64,000 nt of DNA from the NCBI GenBank assembly GCA_973895155.1, contig OZ316899.1, forward strand, positions 4,963,241 to 5,027,240, given 5' to 3'. The DNA is from Marsupella aquatica. Taxonomy: Eukaryota > Plantae > Marchantiophyta. The notes beneath the pieces are model-generated. The model was given only the letters and a program-made list of their open reading frames with translations, searched no databases and was not told where the DNA came from. Both the position numbers and the translations under genes were made by a program. Of the stretch, positions 62,501-64,000 are shown in pieces; positions within the stretch are counted from its first letter, which is position 1, and every line of letters begins with the position of its first letter.

Positions 62501-64000
62501 CATCTATCGGTGTCCAAATACCAAGGACAATGAATTCTCTCCCATTCTGATAGTTTCCTTGGTGGAAGACACCTTTTAGCGGGATACATTGAATACACGT
62601 CGGCCAGTATGTCTCCTTCGGGAACAACGATCCACTTTTGGAAAGTAGCAGGGTATGCCCAAAAGTAATCTGGCTTCACAATCTCCATATGCATGAAGAA
62701 ATGGTACAGGTATTGTTGGCCCTCTTCTGATTCTTGAGGGTGTAGTTAGCCTTGTCGGGATACTTGGAAGGCCACATTGTATTAAAAAACTTGCCTTTCA
62801 CAACGTCCCCAAATTTCTTGAAATCATTTGAGACTATTTCAATAAACGATTCAATCGACTCACACTCCCACTCTTGCAACTGATTGGTGGGGACTATATC
62901 ACTGACCTGGCGTAGGGAGGTTTGCAGCAAACCAATAGTGATTCCTTCCATAGTGTTCCAAGTTTGCCAGGTATGGCACCATTGCTTCACTGGATCGTCA
63001 TTAACGCTCTGTGGATGGAAGAATTGTTTCCTCAGCTCCGGTGTACAATGGGCAACCAAAAGGGTACTCCTCAGCTTGGGATCGAGGGCAGAGACAGCGG
63101 TAAACAATCTTGCTTGATCCATTGTATAGACAACTGCATCCGGATTCTTCTCTCTCTTATTCTTCTATGTGAGGGGGTACATCTCAGCACATGTCCGCAT
63201 GAAATCCTCAAAAGCGGGGCTTAACAAAGGAGTGATTTTTGACACCTTTATAGCCCAATCCTTTGTTGCCTCCTTCATCGTCGCTGCATGTCTTTTTGAA
63301 ATCTCTCCGGGAGACCAAGGTGTACCCTGAGCGGTAGCATGTTCCAGATCCATCTTGAACTGTCAAGAATAAGACTTGATCTTATTCTCACACAAGATGT
63401 ACAAAAGCGCTTCTTGAGGCATTTTTTTTGTATACCACGATCCCTTCCGTGTTTTCTGCATGATCTGTCCAAACTTCTTGAAGTTTGCAGCATCAATGAT
63501 AGACTTGTAGTAATTGAGTTCATTCGACATAATTTGGTTGATACGGTCCGCGTCAAGTATCCAAGAGGGTTCGACCACTGCCTGCCCAAGCCTGAAAACA
63601 AGAGAGGGAGTCAGTAGCGCCCGACGCTAGTGAAACACTATGATCATAGATTAGAATAGAAATATGTTGGAAGAGACACTTACTGGTTAACAGTGTGCAT
63701 CGCCGCCTCAATCTTGATCAAGGACCCCTTTTCTCCCTTGAATATTGTGCACTGGACGCAAGGATGATATTTCACATCATCCGGATTCTCCTTCGTGACG
63801 ATGGACCATGCTTAGAGTCGATGGTTTCCATCAAACACAAAAAAACATCTTATCCTGCAAAACTGCAAAGTCAGGGTCTACAGCACATTCTGCCTCAAAC
63901 TTTTCATTCTCTGCGACCCAAATTGCATCCCAGGAAGCACGACTCTCTGGCGTGCAGATTTGGACTTCTCCATTAGAATCTGTTGGTTGAAAGTAAAACA
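59508..64000. mobile_element. Left part of MULE-like element C, carrying gene copy 3
   Basis: Terminus GAGGTGTTTACAAAAGGCAGGAAAACAGGAAAC matches the end of the 50446-50809 MITE and truncates the element D exon. Many TAGCGCCNGGCGCTA palindromes. Confidence 0.75.
60324..64000 (-). pseudogene. ParB/Srx + N6/N4-methyltransferase-like gene, copy 3 (5' end outside window)
   Basis: CVFDGNHRL (about 63815-63840), RKGSWYTKKM, DQARLFTAVS, YFWAYPA...LSEWERIHCPWYL, NAGFIYLPTG...FLSDDGMLAILYS and FTLPGDIVLDWTVGSGSTFIAGDFSGCFVIGLE. Introns at about 63593-63683, 62110-62278 and 61285-61405, at the same positions as in copy 1. Confidence 0.85.

Overview
This is a eukaryotic, transposon-dense window, probably from a bryophyte-grade land plant (inferred from GT-AG introns and the transposon lineages present). 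It contains no ordinary host gene. The left half is a nest of Ty3/Gypsy elements: a gag-pol on the minus strand split by a 4.7-kb TG..CA unit with a 5-bp TSD that itself encodes a long ORF, and an LTR-gag-LTR deletion derivative with a tRNA-Asp PBS. The main feature is a family of large Mutator-like (MULE) DNA transposons. One complete copy (31356-56312; about 25 kb, about 19 kb without a nested Copia) sits inside an L1 endonuclease, with short inset TIRs and a 19-bp TSD. It carries a GCM-like/MULE/SWIM transposase, an intron-containing ParB/Srx + beta-class amino-methyltransferase-like gene probably ending in a Ulp1 SUMO-protease exon, two F-box-like genes and an AT-hook repeat gene. Two further divergent copies of the ParB-MTase-like gene (5-3477 on +, 60324-64000 on -) and one fragment (59302-59507) lie in related elements. 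Each element subfamily has its own CG-rich palindrome, enriched in its introns and non-coding DNA: CTCG(C/G)CGAG, TAGCGCCNGGCGCTA, TAGCGAGCTCGCTA or CTCAGCTGAG. This suggests a sequence-specific, transposon-encoded chromatin or anti-silencing system built on a prokaryote/phage-type ParB-MTase module. The function is a hypothesis, and most copies are decayed by stops and frameshifts. All coordinates and counts were read by eye.
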